This document shows positions 46,578-61,271 of a DNA stretch of 64,000 nt, piece after piece. The position numbers and the translations under genes are program-made. Position 1 is the first letter of the stretch. Every line of letters begins with the position of its first letter. A model generated the notes under the pieces. The model saw only the letters and a list, made by a program, of their open reading frames with translations. It searched no databases and had not been told where the DNA came from. Source of the stretch: Octopus vulgaris (lineage: Eukaryota); assembly GCA_951406725.2 (NCBI GenBank), contig OX597820.1, positions 121,458,001 to 121,522,000 on the forward strand. Reading direction: 5' to 3'.

Positions 46578-47049
46578 GTGTGTTTGTGTGTATGCATATA
46601 TACCAATGTGAGTGCATAGACACGTACACACATACGTACTCGCACAGATAGACACACAAACACACACACACATACACATATATATATTTCATTTCCTATG
46701 TACGCTTCGCTGTTGCGATTGTTGCTGTTGTTTGTAACGTCTGGATGTTCACAGGGCAAGTGTATGTCTAACCACAACGGACGATCAGGGCAAAACTTTA
46801 TTGCATTATGTTACAGAGAATAAATGCTGTCATCAGTTTTCCTGCATCTGCTCAGAATATCATAACGTGTCACACAACGAAACGTAGGAGTGATCAAAAG
46901 CACTGTACTGGGAGAAAACTGGATGATGAGAAACTACAGGGAGCTCTAAACTCAACTGTTGATATACGAACTATGTGTGTGTGTATGTACATGTGTGCGC
47001 GTGTGTGTTTGTGTGTGTGTGTGTGAATGAAGACCTTCACTATTAATCG

Positions 47050-47345
47050 AACTAGAGACGTAACGGAAATATTCTGACAACCAATGCCAAAAAGAACGGC
47101 TTGAAGAAGGCAAAGAAGGTGTTTTCAGAGCTGAGGTATCCTACTGAATCGAGGATGATGTGGTCTTTCTCAGATGAAAAGAACTTCTGCCAGGACAAGA
47201 TGGACAACAACCAGAACAATAGATGGCTTGCCTACAATTCATGTGATGTCCCACCTAACATGAAAACCTATCTTGCTCAAACTGTGAAAGTCTTAAGGTA
47301 TGTCTATTGTCAAGATGACGTCATGCTGCCCCACAACATTCAACA
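47050..47345 (+). pseudogene. maT/DD37D-like (Tc1-mariner) transposase fragment
   Basis: WSFSDEKNFCQDKMDNNQNNRWLAYNSCDVP..MKT..QTVKVL....QDDVMLPH covers the first catalytic Asp region. Confidence 0.75.
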
Positions 47346-48329
47346 TTGCATTAGATATATCTAGCTATATAATTTATCTATGCCTATATAGCTAGATTGA
47401 CCTTCATACGGGCATGAAGGGATAAAAATCCCATTGTGGTTCATCCAATGATGCAGTATCACCTGATAAAAGGAATCAATGATGATGATCAACCGGATGC
47501 CCACAGATAATACGGACTATACTGTACTAATCCCAAGGATACGGACTCTGATGTTAAAATCAAGTGATTTGTGAAAACGTACGTAGCGACGTATTAAATA
47601 TTTATAATTTCCATTCTAAAATTATGGTTATTTTTATATTTATCCTACATTATATCGGTATAACCATGGGGCAAGCCTGAAAAACTGATTTACTAGTCAA
47701 TATCATTAGACGGTAGACGGCATAATGAAAAAAGGTGCATTACTTACATAACCCTTACGTTACCATAAACGAATTTAAAAGTCATACATACACACACACA
47801 TATATATTTGTCTGACACCAAGTATATGAATTTCCTGCCGCTGTAATGTCATTCGCTTTCTTACTCTCTTTACATTTTACCACGTCTTAAACATGCTAAA
47901 TCTTAAAGTAGTTTTCCAGAAACACGCTTATATTTCTACGCTATTTTGAAATTTGGTTCCTACATCTGGAACTGAAACATCTTTTAACTGTTGCTACAGA
48001 TGTCATTCTGTATCTTATATTTTTTTAAAATTATTTTTATTACTTTGCTGTTGCTGTTTTTCCTTTCTTGTTACTAGCATATATTTACGTGATTATGATA
48101 TATCAATTAGAATGACATGATTATTTTTTTAATTGAAAACTGTTGTATATATAAACATTCAGAATGTTAATGTATGCAGTCGGTTTCACTTTTAATTGTA
48201 ATGTCCCGCGGAAAACTTTTGTCATAAAGATTTCATAGCACTTATTTATTCTAGTATATTTATAATGTTATGTTTTTTTGCATGTTTCTTTCCTTGAACT
48301 ACGATTGCATGCATTGTGTGTACGCGCGT

Positions 48330-48620
48330 ATGTGTGTATGTATGTATGTATATATGTGTGTATGTATGTATGTATGTATGTATGTATGTATGTATGTATG
48401 TATGTATGTATGTATGTATGTATGTGTATGTATGTATGTATGTATCTATGTATGTATGAATGTATGTATGTATGTATGTATGTATGCACCTATGTATGTA
48501 TGCATGCATGTATGTATGTATGTATGTATGTGTGTATGTATGTATGTATGTATGTATGTATGTATGTATGTATGTATGTATGTATGTATGTATGGAAGCA
48601 TGCATTTACGTATGTATGTG
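48330..48620. repeat. (TATG)n microsatellite
   Basis: Directly visible; a complementary (CATA)n tract lies at 48755-48818. Confidence 0.95.
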
Positions 48621-48789
48621 TTTAAGGTTTTACTTTGCAGACAACAAGCCTGTCGCTAACAAAGTGACAAGACTCTTTTGTTGAAGTTTTGTCATTATTG
48701 AAACGCTTGGGTTTTGTGAATCGGTGAATTGATTGGTTGTATTTGTTCGATTTCACATACATACATACATACATACATACATACATACA

Positions 48790-48822
<33 letters not shown>

Positions 48823-50472
48823 GTGTGTGTATGTTTCTTCCTTTTTAGTTTGTCGATCAATAGATTTGGTACAGTGTATAATGTGACTTATTACAGTGCG
48901 TATCTCGGAATATTTCTGTTCTCAACTCAAATCCGCTTAGTATTATTGCCTCCTTGTGGTAAGAGACTCTGCCTTCGAGACTGCATTTAAGTCGCTGTGT
49001 TTCTAAAACCAGAAAGCTGCATCGATTGGAACAACCTCACGCACATATTTATATTAATAAAAGATACCTGATCTCAACCTTGAAGGGAAGTAAAGTCAAG
49101 GATGGGAAACTTTCCCTGAAGTCGATTTACTCACTTCTAACTCTTCCTCTATATGTAAATATGAATCTATATTCAGAAAGCCTTATCTTCTCTATCAGAA
49201 CCCTGTTGCGAATAAAACATTAGAAAACCTGTTTCAATCGCATATTACACAATATATAATTTGGCGACGAAGAACGTTGCCGAAAAGCCGTAGTTTCTCC
49301 TGCAAGAAAAAGCGACGAAAATTCTCGTAAAAAATATCCTTCCGTCTTCAAAGAAACGAAACAATACATAGTATTTTCATAGATACTCATAAAAAACAGA
49401 AGGCTGTCTCCCTCTCACTTGACCAATAAATGCAGAGTTACAGTTAAGTAACAAAGAATACAACACCGAAACACGCTGGCCAATTGTTTGAATCTACATC
49501 TTGATGGTTCAGGATGTTTTTCTTTTTTTAAAGACATAGAGAATACAGTGAAAGACAGAAAAGGTACCAGTGATGTACTGGGATCAATAGAAGGGGCATC
49601 TGTATCGAACTTGACGATGAGCTACGACTGCTGGAATGCAGGAAAGGAAGTGGGGAAAAAGGAAGGCGTGAAGAAAGAAAAAAGCGAAGGAAGAAGACGA
49701 CGATAATGGAGGAACGATATTACCAAATTAATTTCTCGTAAATATTTTTTAATGAATCAGCCAATACGTTGAGAATATAATAGGAGAGGACAAGAATGAA
49801 TGTGTGAGGGAGGGAGGGAGAAGGAGGGAGAGAGATGGGGAGAAAGTGTAAGGGAAATATTGAGAATGGGAGAGGCTGATTGAAAGGGAGAAGGAAAAAG
49901 AAGAAACAATAAAGAATACACAGGTAGAAAGAGAAAGAGAGATGGAAGAGTATGTTTTAGAAGAGAGAAAGGAGAAACCCGGGAGTACATATCGGTATAA
50001 GAGGGAAATATATATAGAGAGAGAGCGGGAGAGGGAGAACGAGGGGAGGAGGTAAAAATTGAATTTTAAACTAAAACTTACACTTCGCCTCATTTCGAAA
50101 AAGACAGAAAGTAAATAACTGTGAATATAAGTGAGAGGAAATTGTGATGATTGTAATGTCTAAATTTAGAATGCTGATTTTTGTTTTATCGCAATAAATG
50201 GAGGAATTAAGAAGTGCTCCAAGGCGAACACATTTAATCTGCTTCTCAGACGTTTAATCTCTTGCTCAAATTATCGAAATATAAAAGAAATTAAATGAAA
50301 AGCCCAAAAAAAAAAAAGCAAAACACAAAATGCAACAAAAGATTTAAAATATATAAAATAAAAACTAGAAAATGATCAACAGAATAAAACATTTCATAAA
50401 CGTGTGTATATGGGTGGGAGGGGAGGGGTAAAATAAGAAAACTGAATAAAGAGGTAAATAGACAGGTATTAG

Positions 50473-50483
50473 GAGAAGAAGAA

Positions 50484-50518
<35 letters not shown>

Positions 50519-50610
50519 AGAAGAAGAAGAAGAAGAAGAAGAAGAAGAAGAAGAAGAAGAAGAAGAAGAAGAAGAAGAAGAAGAAGAAGAAGAAGAAGAA
50601 GAAGAAGAAG
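50473..50610. repeat. (GAA)n microsatellite
   Basis: Directly visible. Confidence 0.97.
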
Positions 50611-50962
50611 ACGAAATAAATGATGAGAAGATAGACATTGATTAAATATGCATATATCTATGTGTGTGTATGTATGTGAATATACGTATAATTTATACAC
50701 TTGTATATAAAACATATGTGTGTGTGTATATATGTATATATATATATTTGCAGCATATGTTACTCATAACACTTACAAATGCAAACACAAATAAAATACA
50801 TCACAAAATAATAACACAAATCATAATAATAATAATAATTGCTGTTGCTGCTGTTATAATCATTGCTGCTTTGTTGATTATTATTATTATTATCATCATT
50901 ATTATTATAATTATTATTGTTATTATTATTATTATTATTATTAAAATTATTATTATTATTGC

Positions 50963-51002
<40 letters not shown>

Positions 51003-51654
51003 GTTATTATTATTATTATTGTTATTATTATTATTATTATTATTGTTGTTGTTGTTGTTGTTATTATTATTATCATTATGGTAATAATAAAAGAACTGTA
51101 ATTTTAATCAAATACAATAACATTCAGAACCGAAAGAATGGCTGACTGGCTGAAGACTTGTGTCTTATGGTCAAATTGATAGAAATAGAAAAGGAAATTG
51201 ATAAAGATTAAAAAAATAAATATATAAATGAAAGCAGACAAACACATAAACAAACTTCTGTTATCGAAATTGAAAGTAAAGTATTAAAAACTACATTTAC
51301 CGGATAATTTGAAAGCTTTTGACATTTTCATAAAAACTTTAAAAACCAACGAAAAAGAAGCGGTCTTTGATTACTGTTGGTTCTGTTGGTGTTTATTATT
51401 TCTCTCGAAGACTATTTTTGTCTTCTGCAGAGTTTTTCGTTGTTTTTTTTTTTTTAAGTTTTATTTTTTTATTTCATATTTTAGTATTTTTGCGAAAATA
51501 AATTTAAAATCAAAAATCGGAAGAAAAATAAATGCAAAAAAAAACAAGAACATAAAAAAGAAAACAGTTCTGGTGTTTTTTTTTTTTTTGTATTTTAAGG
51601 AATAGTTTGATTGGTTTTATTGCAGGTGAAAGTCAGAAGAAAAAAGTAAAAGGC

Positions 51655-52225
51655 AAATACACACACACACACATACACACACACAAACACACACACACGC
51701 GCGCACATACATACATATATACTCACACGCACGCACGCACATACATACTCATACACACACGTGTACATACATACATACTCATACACAGACACGCACATAC
51801 ATACATACATACATACATACATACATACATACATACATACTCATACACACACACACACATACATACATACATACTCATACACACACACGCACATACATAT
51901 ATACTCATACACACACACGCACATACATACATACTCATACGCACGCACGCACATGCATACATACTCATACACACACGCACATACTTACATACTTACATAC
52001 ATACTCATACGCACACACGCAGATACATATTCATACACACACACGCACATACATACATACATACATACTCATACACACACACGCACATACATACATACAT
52101 ACATACATCACACACACACACGCACATACATATATACTCATACACACACGCGCACATACATACATACATACATACATACTCATACACACACACATAGGCC
52201 CAGAAATACATACACACACACACAC
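51655..52225. repeat. Microsatellite-derived minisatellite, ~28-36-bp unit ACACACACGCACATACATACATACTCAT
   Basis: ATACTCATAC marker recurs more than ten times at semi-regular spacing. Confidence 0.8.
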
Positions 52226-54757
52226 AGAGTATTGTAACAAATGAGGGAATAACAAGAAGAACAATAATAACGATTGTAAGAAAAGCTAATGCCATTTGTG
52301 TGTAGGAAGTGGAAAGAAAGAAATTATTTTAAATCATTCTCTCGTTCTGCTGTGACAGATTTGATGGCTGCATTAACTAATCTCCTCCTTCAAATTGGAA
52401 TTACTTTCGCCACTTGAACAGCGAAAGTATCTGCTGCTTGTTCTTCTTGTTGCTGCTGCTGTTGTTCGTTTTCTATCTTCTTGTTGATTCTTCTTATCTG
52501 CCTTGTTGCTAGGTAACTGAAGCCATAGAAGGGAAAGCGAGCAGGCGGATAGGGAGGTGTTTTCCTTTCTCATCCAGACTACATCGAGTATTACTACAAA
52601 CGATCGGTTGATGATGATTTTGTGTCGAATGTTGGTCAACAAGCTGATGCAATCATCGGATCGTTGCTCCAAACAAATGTCAGTGACACTTCTCACTGTC
52701 TTCTTCGGAAAACTCTCTTCACTTTGCTAGAAACTGGTGCCACTGGTGAGGAACTCTTCTCTCATTCAATGCAAGCACAGTTCTCAGACATTGGTTTATG
52801 TTTCATCGGACCGGTGGAGTATTTTTTCAAATTAAACAGAATTGGACTCTGATAACTTAGAATGTTGTTTTGAATTTGGCATGTAGCACATACATTCCTA
52901 GGATTTGAACTTACACCATCTATATTTATGGTTAAATCTGGTTACGATTAGCATTACCGTATTTGGTAAAGATAACCAATTGAACTTTATCATAGTGCCT
53001 AATGACACTTTCCAGCCAATCGTGTTTGATGTTAGCTTTGATAAGCATTCAGACACACACACGCACATTCATATACACAAAAACAGACTCACACACACAC
53101 ACACACAAACACAAACACACACACACACACATTTTTTGGCGCCTCACTGTGAAAAGGGACATTCTCGAGGTTTGTAAGAAGCCTATATAAAATATGAATT
53201 TTCGGTTTTCTTTAACGATTTCCTTAATTGCAGTCGTGTGATTTGCTATTTGGCCCACGTCAATAGAATGCCTCTTAACCGTTAGCTCACTCGTTATACT
53301 AAACAATCTTGTACTTTACTCCGCAGACAGCTCCTTCCAAAATTACACATCAAAGACCAAAATCTATAGGCGTTACTACTATCAGAGCTGGAACTATTTC
53401 CTTTACACTAAATAAGCATTATATCTTCATCATCTTTTAATCCCATAAAGTTACTGAAAGTGTAATATACAGAATTAGATTTTTCAGTAATGTGTCTGGG
53501 ACTAAATTTGCTTGTTTCTTAGATACATCAATATACAACGTGATGAGAGATTACGTTTTATTTTTCATGCAGTAGAAGATTCAGCTGGTATTAAGGTAAT
53601 TCTGTTTAAGTGTTGGTGACATCGTATGTTATACTGGATTGCTGGTCAAATCACTAATTATTTTACTGCCATGTAATATCTCACTGCAATCTAGTATTTT
53701 TTTTCTGTCTGCTCATATGGGAGCATTTGAACAAAACACCTCAGATCAATGAAACCTTTATCAGCATTAATGCTTATATTTTCCGACCTTTTGACTGATT
53801 AAACTTAAATAATCTGAGTAGCTGGAGATTGTTGGGGATTAAATGACTTTGTTAATGACATCGTTCTGATATGAATTGAGATATTGCGGTTACTTGAACT
53901 GCTAGAACCTGCAGCCAAATCTCCTTCAAATCACATTGCATCGTCTTACAAAAGAGATTCAACACAAGTGTAACGGCCTGGAGTATATTCAGAGTGTAAA
54001 TGTGTATTTGTTGTGAGGTCAATGGAATTTGAAATGTCTAACATTCGTTTTAAGGACGCAAATCCAGTGACGTGTGTGTTTGTATGTGTGTGTATGTTGG
54101 TGTGTATACACACATACCTATATATGTATGTCGAAGTGGGCATGTATATATTTGAGAATATTTATTTGTGTATACATACACACACATACGCGCATGCGTG
54201 TGTGAATGAAAAACTGGTGAAGGGTTCAAATCTCGCCAAGGTCAAATTATTTTTATGTTTTGGGGTTGATAAAAAAAGTTTAAAGATTTTACGTAACATT
54301 ATATCGCCATTTGAAATTAAAAGAACAGTTTTTCGCTGCAAGGAAATATGGATAAATTCTAAACAGATGGCGACATTTTCATGTAATCTTTCGCCCATCT
54401 TTACTTTCTGAATTCGACTTCTGCTGGAGTCGACTTTGCTTTTCACTCTTTCAAGGTCGTTAAAGTAAAAGTTAAGCAGTCCGGTCGATATAATTGACTT
54501 ACCTCCTCCCCCGAGGTTGCTGGCTAACTTTGTGTTATGCTTTTGATATGATAAACAAGTCAAATTTATAATATTCACGTGATGCAGAATAATTTGTATG
54601 AGGCATACGTAGTCTTCTTCCGATGCACAAAAAAAAAAAATGACAGATGAGGACAAAGTAGTCGGACTAAGAATTTCACTTTCAAATCACGTGGTGTCTG
54701 ATTTGATACCGATTTGCATGACTTTGGGTTTCTCCAACTAAATCCGTCTTCGGTTAA

Positions 54758-54812
<55 letters not shown>

Positions 54813-54962
54813 TGTCTGTCTGTCTGCCTGTCTGTGTTTAACTGAGGATCAATAACAAGAGATGCACGCAGTGGCAATGATGCACGCCGACTCATTCACT
54901 CTACTCAAAAATACTGAGTACATTTTACAGGGAATTGAAGAATTCACACCAGCGTCAACTGG

Positions 54963-54995
<33 letters not shown>

Positions 54996-55079
54996 TTAAA
55001 TATAAATATGTGTGTTTGTATAGCTGTATGTATGTGGGTATCTATCTATATGTATGTATATATACATATATGTATGCAT

Positions 55080-55111
<32 letters not shown>

Positions 55112-55144
55112 GTGTGTGTGTATATGTATGTATATATGTATGTA

Positions 55145-55176
<32 letters not shown>

Positions 55177-55185
55177 GAACATACA

Positions 55186-55237
<52 letters not shown>

Positions 55238-55561
55238 TAGAAATTCAGGGTGAGTACTTGATAATTGTAAGCACTTGTATATACCGTTTGGCGGTGTAGA
55301 ATTCTACATTGAGAGAAGGACGAGATAGACGCTTCATTTTTATGCTGTTGCCGCATTATGTCGTACGTGAATGAGAGGATTTGCATCCCTAACGTAGAAT
55401 TTTTGATGTAATACATGTCCTTGAGGTAGTAGTTGTGCGCGGCTGAAGAAGGCCATATACACACATTATGCATTGTTATAAATCCGTCTAATAAAGGCCC
55501 GAAACATATGTACCGCTGAATCCTTGGCATCATGTTTTTATTTTGATTAATATATACATAT

Positions 55562-55608
<47 letters not shown>

Positions 55609-56394
55609 TCGTTGTACCCGTTGCGTATACTCACAAATGTGTGTATGTGGTTGTGTGTGTGTGTGTGAGGGAGATAATGCGTGAAAGAAGTGAAGAGAGA
55701 GAGAGAGAGAGAAGGGGAGAGAGAGAGAGAAGGAAAGCGCGATTATAAAAAAGAAGGTAGAATAAATATGCTAATAATTAGATTTTCATGAGAGATGCAT
55801 GAAGCGAGAATCACCTGCGAGATCGTCTCCATTGCGTTTCAGGCTCGCACACGCCAACACACACCGAGATCTACGAGAATAGTACAAATAACGACGGCCG
55901 GCAGAGAAGAGAGTAATAGAGCCCAGCATGTTGTCTGAAATGCTTTGGAAGACAACAGCGGATTTCATTGATGAATAGAGAAAGGAAAGCATGAGAAAGA
56001 GATTACGACCAATGGAAATGGTTTCGGTGCGACAAGTGCTTCGTAGGAACATGACGTGTTTCTCATCTAATTAGAACATTCTAGTAACTATAATAAGTAT
56101 TATCATTATCATCATCATCATTATTATTATTATTATTGTCATTGTTGTTGTTGTTGTTGTTGTTGTCGTCGTTGTTGTTATTATTGTTATCATTATTATT
56201 GGACAAGGTTCCCGACCTAATCGAGCTGTTGCCCAACGGAGCACAACTCCAAGTCGTGTTGGAAGGCAGAAGAGAGCGAAGGTGCTACATTTGGGGGTCT
56301 AACATACCTTCGAAGGCCCTCTGCCCGCAACAACAGCGAAATGGAGCTTGAGGAACGGCGGCTCTGCTCCCACCACCACCACCACCACCACCAC

Positions 56395-57981
56395 AATCAT
56401 TTATCGCCTGACCGTTGTGCCTTGTTCCGGTTACTGCTTGACCAAGCTGGAGCGTTTTTCATTTAAATTCTGGTGGAAGGGACGCGTTCAAACGGTCAAG
56501 CATCCTTTGAGTACTAGATTAGGTATCGTGTGGCTCCTAATTTGCGGAAACGCTCTTAGGTTACGCCACCTGCAATTATAGTGGAGGCACATGGCCGAGT
56601 GGTTAGAGCAGCGGACTCGCGGTCGAGGGATCGCGGGTGCGAATCTCAGAACGGGCGATGTGTGTGTTTATGAGCGAAAACACCTAAGCTCCACGCGGCT
56701 CCGGCAGAAGGTAATGGCGAAACTTCTGCTGACTCTTTCGCCACAACTTTCACTCTTTCCTCCTGCATCTTGCAGCTCACTTGCGATGGACCGGCGTCCC
56801 GTCCAGGTAGGGAACCTATTCGCCAAGTAACCAGGCATGGCTCTAGAAGGAACAAACAAAAAAACAACCTGCAATTATATCCGGACGATAAGTGTGTGTG
56901 GCTCGGTTTGTGAGGCTCGTTTTCCGCAGCTCATCCCCTTGTCGGAGCTGCAGTCCTGGGTGAAGAAAAGCCCGAGACTTGGTGCCTGGCACCTAAAATG
57001 TCGTCAGGCGCCCACAGCCCTCTACCAGTCGAGCAATGAGATCGGTGTAAGAAAATCATAGAGGATTAGTGGCGGAGATGTGCGACGATGTTCTCGAATA
57101 GACTCTGGGCGCCGACGAGAACGAACTGGCTTCTCTGCTTCGGACAACTTTCCGGTCGGGAAATATCATGGATAATTTCCAGATGTCCTCGGCCTGGAAG
57201 TGTTACCGGGGGGAGGGCACTACCGATTCGAAATAAACTCTACAGGCAAGGATGTGCTGTTAGACTAACTTGGCTAAGGTGTGCGCAGAGTGACGAAACA
57301 GTTTTGAACGCCCTCGTTCAGGGTCCAGGCATTGCTTACTTGAGAGGTTATGTAAAACAGTTGATATTAGTTGTGGGACGGATTTGTCTGTCAATCGAAT
57401 CTGTAGTGATGAGTGCCTACCACCCTCCTTCAATTGGGCAAACAACGCAGTTCTCCTTTGTCTGGCGGCTCTAACGAAACAGGTTGTTTGATGGACAAAT
57501 TTGAAAGACATGAGGACAGATACATTCCTCTTCGGTAGAGCTCTCATTGACTTCAAGTTTCATTTAAAAAGAAAAATGAGAGTGGAGAGAGTAGTGCTGT
57601 CCTCGAGTGAATTTATTGAAAAGTGGGTGAAAGTTGCGAAAATGGCAAAAGTGGATGGTCTCACTGTAAGAGTAGAACTGTGAGTCGGAGAGAAGGAATT
57701 GGAGAGAGCACATTTGGGGTTTCAGGGAAATATTGGGCAGTGGGGTTCCTCCATTATCCCTAGAGGCTTTCTTGTATCAAGAGTTCCCCATCTCTATCAT
57801 CTTCCCCGCCACTTTTTTAAAACTTTGTATGCTATACATACGTCCCTTCTTTTTCAGTGTATACCGTGTATACATTATTTCTTTCATTTTTTTCTATCAT
57901 TTCATTATATGTAAGCCCCCACACACTATGTCTGCCTTTGCATTGTCCCCCTCATCTAGCACCCTTGTAAAAATAAATGAA
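56395..57981 (+). mobile_element. Second Tx1/L1-clade LINE, 5'-truncated and degenerate, ending in an (ATC)/(ATT) tract
   Basis: IYRLTVVPC..LTKLERFSFKFWWKG..ALRLRHL (post-RT), RALPIRNKL..RCAQSDETVLNALVQ (decayed zinc knuckle), FKFHLKRKMRVER..WVKVAKM, pyrimidine-rich 3' UTR. Confidence 0.8.
56581..56866 (+). mobile_element. tRNA-derived SINE (family C head, different tail) inserted in the LINE
   Basis: Perfect 13-bp TSD ACCTGCAATTATA (56568-56580, 56867-56879); head matches 43797; tail has CTTGCGATGGACCGGCGTCCCGTCCAGG. Confidence 0.9.
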
Positions 57982-58004
57982 ATCATCATAATCATCATCA
58001 TAAT

Positions 58005-58047
<43 letters not shown>

Positions 58048-58065
58048 GTCATCATCATCGTCATA

Positions 58066-58121
<56 letters not shown>

Positions 58122-58125
<4 letters not shown>

Positions 58126-59421
58126 TAGTTTTATTTTTATTTTTATAGCGTGCTTTCACTTCACTACCGAGCGCAGCTCTGTGTGCCTTGGGTATGTGCT
58201 GTGATTTGTTGTGATGCTCTGATGGTTATTGTATGGAAAGTGTTCTGCGTAGGATGTGTGCAGTGCCTAGTAGTGCAATTTTCTGTATGTTATATGTGTT
58301 TGTAAGTCCTGGTGTTTTTGTTATGTATTTGTCTGAATATTTTTTTATCATGCCTAATGCACCTACTATGATAGGAATTGTTTCTGTTTTCAGGTTCCAC
58401 ATTCTAGTTACCTCTATTTCCAGGTCTTTGTATTTTGAGAGTTTCTCCATTTCTTTTAGAGACACGTTGTCATCTGCCGGTACTGATACATCAATTAGAA
58501 AGCATTTTTTTCTTCATGGTCTCTGACAACTATATCTGGTCTGTTGGCCTTAATTTCTCTATCTGTGTGTATCGGCATATCCCAGAGTATGGTTGCTTTC
58601 TCGTTTTCTGTGACCTTTTCTGGTGTGTGCCTATACCATCTTTTTTCTGTTGTTATTCCATAATGTTGGCATAGCTTCCAATGTATGTAAGTTCCAACTC
58701 TGTCATGTCTGTGAATATATTCCTTCTTAGCCAGGACTGGGCAGCTAGAGATAATATGATTTATTGTTTCTTGTCCATCTCCACATATTCTGCAGTTACT
58801 TGTAATATTTCTTTTCATTACATGTTTTTGGTAATTTCTGGTGGGGAGGCTTTGGTCTTGCGCTGCAATTAAAAATCCCTCTGTTTCTGCTTTGAGTCCT
58901 GAGCTTCTCAACCATTGCTGGGATTTTTCTTTGTCTATTTCTTTTGCGTTTAGTTTAGTCCAGTATTTACCATGAAGGGGCTTTTCTTGCCATCGTTTTA
59001 TCATGGTTCGTTGCTGTTCTATTTTTAGTTTGGATTTCATTTTTTTATAGCTTTTGTTGTTTCTTCATCTTCTTCTTCTTCTTCTTCATGTTTATTAGGT
59101 GGTATGATTTCTTGTTTGTATTTGTCAGCTTCCTTAAATACTGAGAACAGTTTTTTGTTTTGCTCGTGTTTTGCCGCTATCTGGATCAGTTTTCCTTCCT
59201 TCTGAAGTAGATATTTTTGCAGTCCTATGGTGGTTATTTTATAGTAGTTTTCCAGCTGTATAAGGCCTCTACCACCTTCTATACGTTGTATATATAGTCT
59301 TTCTATGTCAGATTTTGGGTGATGCATCCTAGATCCTATCATTATTTTTCTTGTTTTCCTGTCTATTTTGGTCAGTTCATTTCGTGTCCAGTTAAGGATA
59401 TTGTAGCTGTAACTGGGACAG
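58122..59421 (-). mobile_element. R4/Dong-clade element, family 1, 1.3-kb 5'-truncated copy in (TAA)n
   Basis: HHPKSDIERLY..R..GGRGL, WQEKPLHG, ETEGFLIAAQDQ, CRICG..ETINHIISSC (CCHC), RHD, RPD..D..K; two single-base frameshifts. Confidence 0.93.
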
Positions 59422-59506
<85 letters not shown>

Positions 59507-59507
<1 letters not shown>

Positions 59508-60188
59508 GTAGTTTTATTTTTATAGCGTGCTTTCACTTCACTACCGAGCGCAGCTCTGTGTGCCTTGGGTATGTGCTGTGATTTGTTGTGATGCTCTGAT
59601 GGTTATTGTATGGAAAGTGTTCTGCGTAGGATGTGTGCAGTGCCTAGTAGTGCAATTTTCTGTATGTTATATGTGTTTGTAAGTCCTGGTGTTTTTGTTA
59701 TGTATTTGTCTGAATATTTTTTTATCATGCCTAATGCACCTACTATGATAGGAATTGTTTCTGTTTTCAGGTTCCACATTCTAGTTACCTCTATTTCCAG
59801 GTCTTTGTATTTTAAGAGTTTCTCCATTTCTTTTAGAGACACGTTGTCATCTGCCGGTATTGATACATCAATTAGAAAGCATTTTTTTCTTCATGATCTC
59901 TGACAACTATATCTGGTCTGTTGGCCTTAATTTCTCTATCTGTGTGTATCGGCATATCCCAGAGTATGGTTGCTTTCTCGTTTTCTGTGACCTTTTCTGG
60001 TGTGTGCCTATACCATCTTTTTTCTGTTGTTATTCCATAATGTTGGCAAAGCTTCCAATGTATGTAGGTTCCAACTCTGTCATGTCTGTGAATATATTCC
60101 TTCTTAGCCAGGACTGGGCAGCTAGAGATAATATGATTTATTGTTTCTTGTCCATCTCCACATATTCTGCAGTTACTTGTAATATTTC

Positions 60189-60192
<4 letters not shown>
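59507..60192 (-). mobile_element. R4/Dong-clade element, family 1, 0.7-kb copy in (TAA)n
   Basis: Near-identical to 58122-58815. Confidence 0.93.
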
Positions 60193-60286
<94 letters not shown>

Positions 60287-60563
60287 GAGTGAGAGAGCAT
60301 TCCATGTCACCAAAGTGACACTGGGTTAAAAGATACGAAAACCCAGTATACCTATCGTGACTACCCGTTTGATAAGGGTGCGGCAGGCATCACAACCATA
60401 TGTGCGCGACATGATGATCTCATATCAAGATAAACAGCGCATGACCTTGCAGGTGGGGGCTCAGTTAGAGTTTTATTCGTGTTGAGTCGCCATGTTCCCA
60501 AAGATAAGTTATCCAAACCCTAAAAAATTCTTCTTTGATGCTCCCCGGCTACTTCTGCTCGCG

Positions 60564-61087
60564 ATCAGAGATGCACATATCGTCAGCTATTAAGGGACAT
60601 GCTCAACTGGTTATGGTCAAACAACTGACAAGCAAATATGTGTTATTGAGCAGAATATTTGCTGTAGCCCATCTTTTATCATTATTATTATTATTGTTGT
60701 TGTTGTTGTTGATGTTGCTTTCCTTCTTCAAATTTTCTTCCGTTTCTCGCCGGGTGTTTTCCATACACCTAGGGCAGAGAAGCTCATTGTATGCATTCCC
60801 AGGTTACACACGCAAATTCACAGGTAAAATACGTATTTAAAAAATTAGTAAATAAATAGATTCATGAATGGATGTTGTTTTCACAGCGATAATGTTCTTC
60901 TCAGTATATGAAAACAAGATCCATTCATGAATTTATTTATTTATTTATTTATTTTTTTAAATACATATTTTACCTGTGATTTGCCTGTGTAATATGGGAA
61001 TGCATACAAAGAGCTTCACTCCCCTAAGTGTACGGAAAACACTCGGCGAGAAACGGAAGAAAATTTGAAGAAAGAAGAAAAAAAAGA

Positions 61088-61152
<65 letters not shown>

Positions 61153-61271
61153 TAATAATAAAAGATGGGCTACAACAAATATGCTGCTCAATACCACATA
61201 TTTGCTTGTCAGTTGTTGGACATTGACCAATTGAGCATGTCCCTTAAGAGCTGACAATATGCGCATCTCTG

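Noticed and set aside
52373-52852. Unique-sequence ORFs (107 aa minus, 76 aa plus)
   Set aside because: No recognisable domain or convincing splice pair; could be UTR.
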